A stretch of 64,000 nucleotides of DNA, from NCBI GenBank assembly GCA_036785375.1, contig JAWMAR010001853.1:62001-126000 (forward strand), in the 5' to 3' direction. This document shows, piece by piece, positions 61,385-64,000 of this stretch; positions within the stretch are counted from its first letter, which is position 1; each line of letters opens with the position of its first letter. The position numbers and the translations under genes were made by a program. Below the pieces are notes generated by a model. It ran no database searches, was not told the DNA's origin, and saw only the letters and a list, made by a program, of their open reading frames with translations. This DNA is from Leucoraja ocellata (lineage: Eukaryota).

Positions 61385-61950
61385 TTGACAGCCCACTCAC
61401 TCGCCCGTCTCCCCTCCACCTCCCCCCTCTCTTCCCCCCACCTCTGCCCCTCCCTTCCCACCCCTCTCCCCCTTCCCTTCCCCCCCTCTCCCCCTTCCCT
61501 TCCCCCTTCCCTTCCCCCCCTCTCCCCCTTCCCTTCCCCCCCTCTCTCCCTTCCCTTCCCCCCCTCAGCCCCCCTTTCCGCCCTCTCTCTCCTCCCATCT
61601 CTTGCTCCCCTCCTCCCCCCCTCCCCCTCCTCCTCCCCTCCACCCTTCTCCCTCTGTCTATTGCCCTTCTGTCTGTCTCTCCCCATTCTCGCTCTGCCCT
61701 CACTCTCTACCCCCCTCCCCTCCCTCTCTAGCCCCCCTCCCTCTCTAGACGCGCCTGTGAGTTGGGGGCTATGCGTCAGTGGATAGGGCGGTTAAGGGGT
61801 AAAAGGAGCAAATTAGTAATATTAATATAATATCAAGGGTGGTAGTTAGTGTGTGTGTGGGGGTGGTTAGTGTGTGTGACGCCGCTTGCCGCACAGCCCC
61901 CGCAAATGCGCGTTGGGGGAACAAACCCAACGGGTCTGCACTTGGTCTAG
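61385..61950 (+). mobile_element. Helitron-like non-autonomous element, 3' end (5' boundary not found)
   Basis: Ends ACCCAACGGGT (hairpin) CTGCACTTGGT CTAG|T at 61950 and is preceded by a C/T-rich microsatellite. Confidence 0.6.
61405..61745. repeat. Polypyrimidine (CCCTT/CCCCT)n low-complexity tract
   Basis: Seen directly in the sequence. Confidence 0.95.
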
Positions 61951-62279
61951 TTTTAATATAAAATTGCATACATGTGAGCTTACAAGTAACAAACAAAATG
62001 TGTAGATCACCTCTGAAAAGTACACAGTTACAATACCACTTGTTTTAGTGACTGTGAAATGAAAAAAAAAATAATTAACCAGATCCTGGAAAATCAATAA
62101 CTATCGGCGAAAAAACCGTCAAGGCATTAAATTTTGGGCTTCAGCCCCATCCTACCCTTTGGGCTTGGCTTCTACCCCATCCTAATTTAGTTGTGTGTGT
62201 GCGTGTCTTAGTTCTGTGTGTGTTCGTTGTCTGTGCGTGATGTGTGTTGTGTATGTTGTTGTCTGTGCGTTATGTGTGT

Positions 62280-62485
62280 GGGAGGGAAGGAGAGGAGGGA
62301 GGAAAGAGAGAAGTGGAGAAAGAGAGAGGGAGGGGAGGAGAGAAGGGAAAAGAAAGAGAGGAAGGAGAGAAAGAAAGGAGAGAGGGAAGGAGGGAAGGGA
62401 AAAGATAGAGAGGAAGGGGGGGGGGGAGAAGAGAAGGGAGGGATAGAAGGGAGGGATAGAAGGGGAGGAGAGAAGTGGGGGAGAG
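62280..62485. repeat. Polypurine (GA-rich) tract preceded by TG-rich repeats
   Basis: Seen directly in the sequence. Confidence 0.95.
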
Positions 62486-63240
62486 GGCCGGCGGCGGGAG
62501 CGGATGTCGGGGTCTGGGCGAACGGGTGTGAGCTGAGGCTGAGGTTTGTAAACGTTGCTCCAACCCCCGGCCCGGCCCTCCCTGTATTATTCACTGCGTC
62601 TCCCCGGGGCGAGAGAGAGAGGGGTGTAGCCGGGGCTGTGTGCGTGAAGCACGGCGACTGCAGGGGCGGGTGCGTGGCCCCGGGACCGTGAGGGATTGTC
62701 CGCCTCCCGCTCTCCATTCCCCCTCACACCCCCTCCCCTTCTACCCCTTTCTTCCCCCTCCACCCCTCTCTCCCCCCTGCACCCGGGATAGATCTACCTG
62801 AGCCGAGAGTAGATTACTCTGGCGCGGGGCCGCCTTGGGTGTGGAGTCTGAGGGGAGAAGCGCCGGCACCAAGAGCGAGCGAACGCGCGGACAGACGGAC
62901 GATAGCAACGAACATAGCGCGGAATAGGTAACATTTCGGGTCGAGACCCTTCTTCAGACTGACAGTCAATGGAAAGGGAAACGGGAGGTATAGGCATATC
63001 TTCCATTCATTTGTTCTTAGTACCGTCTATATAGTTCCTCTTTCCCCTGACAGTCTGAAGAAGGGTCTCGACACGAAATATCATCTATTCCGCTCGGTGA
63101 TCGTTGCTTTCGTCCGTCTGTCCGCTCGTCCTTGGATTAAGTAGCGCAGGATAAAAGCTGCGAATTCACGCACAGGATGGAAACCGAGAAGTTGAGGGGC
63201 GCCGTCCTCCAGCGTATCCCCCCCCCCCCCCCTCCTGTTT
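62486..63240. promoter_or_regulatory. CpG-island-like region, possible promoter or first exon
   Basis: Dense CpG against a CpG-depleted background, GC boxes (GGGGCGGG about 62663, GGCGCGGGGC about 62821), possible donor ACC|GTGAGG at 62688. Confidence 0.45.
62868..63135. mobile_element. Inverted-repeat Penelope-type element with a hammerhead motif in each arm
   Basis: Arms about 62868-62965 and 63045-63135. Cores CTGAAGAAGGGTCTCGACCCGAAATGTT (-, 62930-62957) and CTGAAGAAGGGTCTCGACACGAAATATC (+, 63055-63082). Confidence 0.8.
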
Positions 63241-64000
63241 CCATCACTGGTTGGCTCCTGTGTAATATAGATTTACTCAAGCAATTTGTCAGCATTGCAC
63301 TAATTTGATTTAATGGTTGGGATATAGCCACAGGGGAATTCTTTTGAATATTATGTTTGCATACTATAACTGATTTATTAATACTGTACAAACATGAAAC
63401 TAGTGTTTGAGTCAGTTGCAGATTGGACCAGGCTCCTCTCTCTTAAAAATATTTGTCACAGAGTCTAACATTTGAATGAGCCATTCGGTTAGTGTACTGC
63501 AACTAAAAAACTGTAGATGCTGGAAATCTGAAATAAAAAAGACACGAGCTAGTTCCCAGCAGAATAAAATTCCGATAATAAGTTATGACATTTTTCGGAA
63601 ACCCTCAACATTCCAACATCTGGATGATTGAGTTAAACTCACCAGGGCCCCATTTCTCACACTTTCTTTAAACACACTGGGGTTGTTTGAAGTTTTAATA
63701 TAGTTTGTAAAACTCCCAAAAAAAGTGACTTAAGTAACTTGGGGTATTAATCAAAATACTAACCAAAAGCTGGGAAGATATGCCAATCTTGCATATTAAT
63801 TCAAAAGATTGCCAGCGTTTAGTCGTCAAATCTAGTTTATTGTCATTTGCATAAGTATGGAGAGTACAGGTTGCTTGTAGCAAGAGTTTATCCTGTTGAA
63901 GAATCTTTGACCTGAAGCATTGGCTCTCTTTACCTTTCCATGCTGACTGACCTACTGAGTGTTCACAGCATTTTCTGGCATCTCATGTTCTTTGATCAAA

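Noticed and set aside
61122-62717. Long Pro-rich and Gly/Arg/Glu-rich ORFs
   Set aside because: Artefacts of stop-free polypyrimidine and polypurine tracts.

Overview
This is eukaryotic, repeat-dense intergenic or intronic DNA, probably from a cartilaginous fish (skate/ray-like, inferred from HE1-type tRNA SINEs, a Deu-domain SINE and the CR1/Rex1/Penelope mix). I found no convincing host protein-coding exon. Nearly all listed ORFs are decayed transposon fragments or spurious. The window holds many CR1 and Rex1/Babar LINE pieces, tRNA-derived SINEs, Penelope-like elements whose LTRs carry minimal hammerhead ribozyme motifs, a two-LTR Gypsy element (23401-27019), a full-length Vingi/Ingi-type LINE (36934-40006), a DIRS element (43397-48195) containing a U2 snRNA fragment, Harbinger and Tc2/Tigger-like MITEs, a Helitron 3' end, and a CpG-rich promoter-like region near the right end. 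The most interesting signal is a candidate ribozyme-based LINE/SINE pair. Three copies of a ~136-141 nt element (14446-16675) consist of a 54-nt minimal HDV-like ribozyme fold, a stem-loop and a (GAA)n tail. The full-length Vingi LINE begins with an HDV-like fold that has the same catalytic-core loops but fully covaried stems, and it ends in a similar ACACGAAA..GAAG tail. All structures were folded by eye, ribozyme activity is untested, and boundaries of old repeats are approximate.
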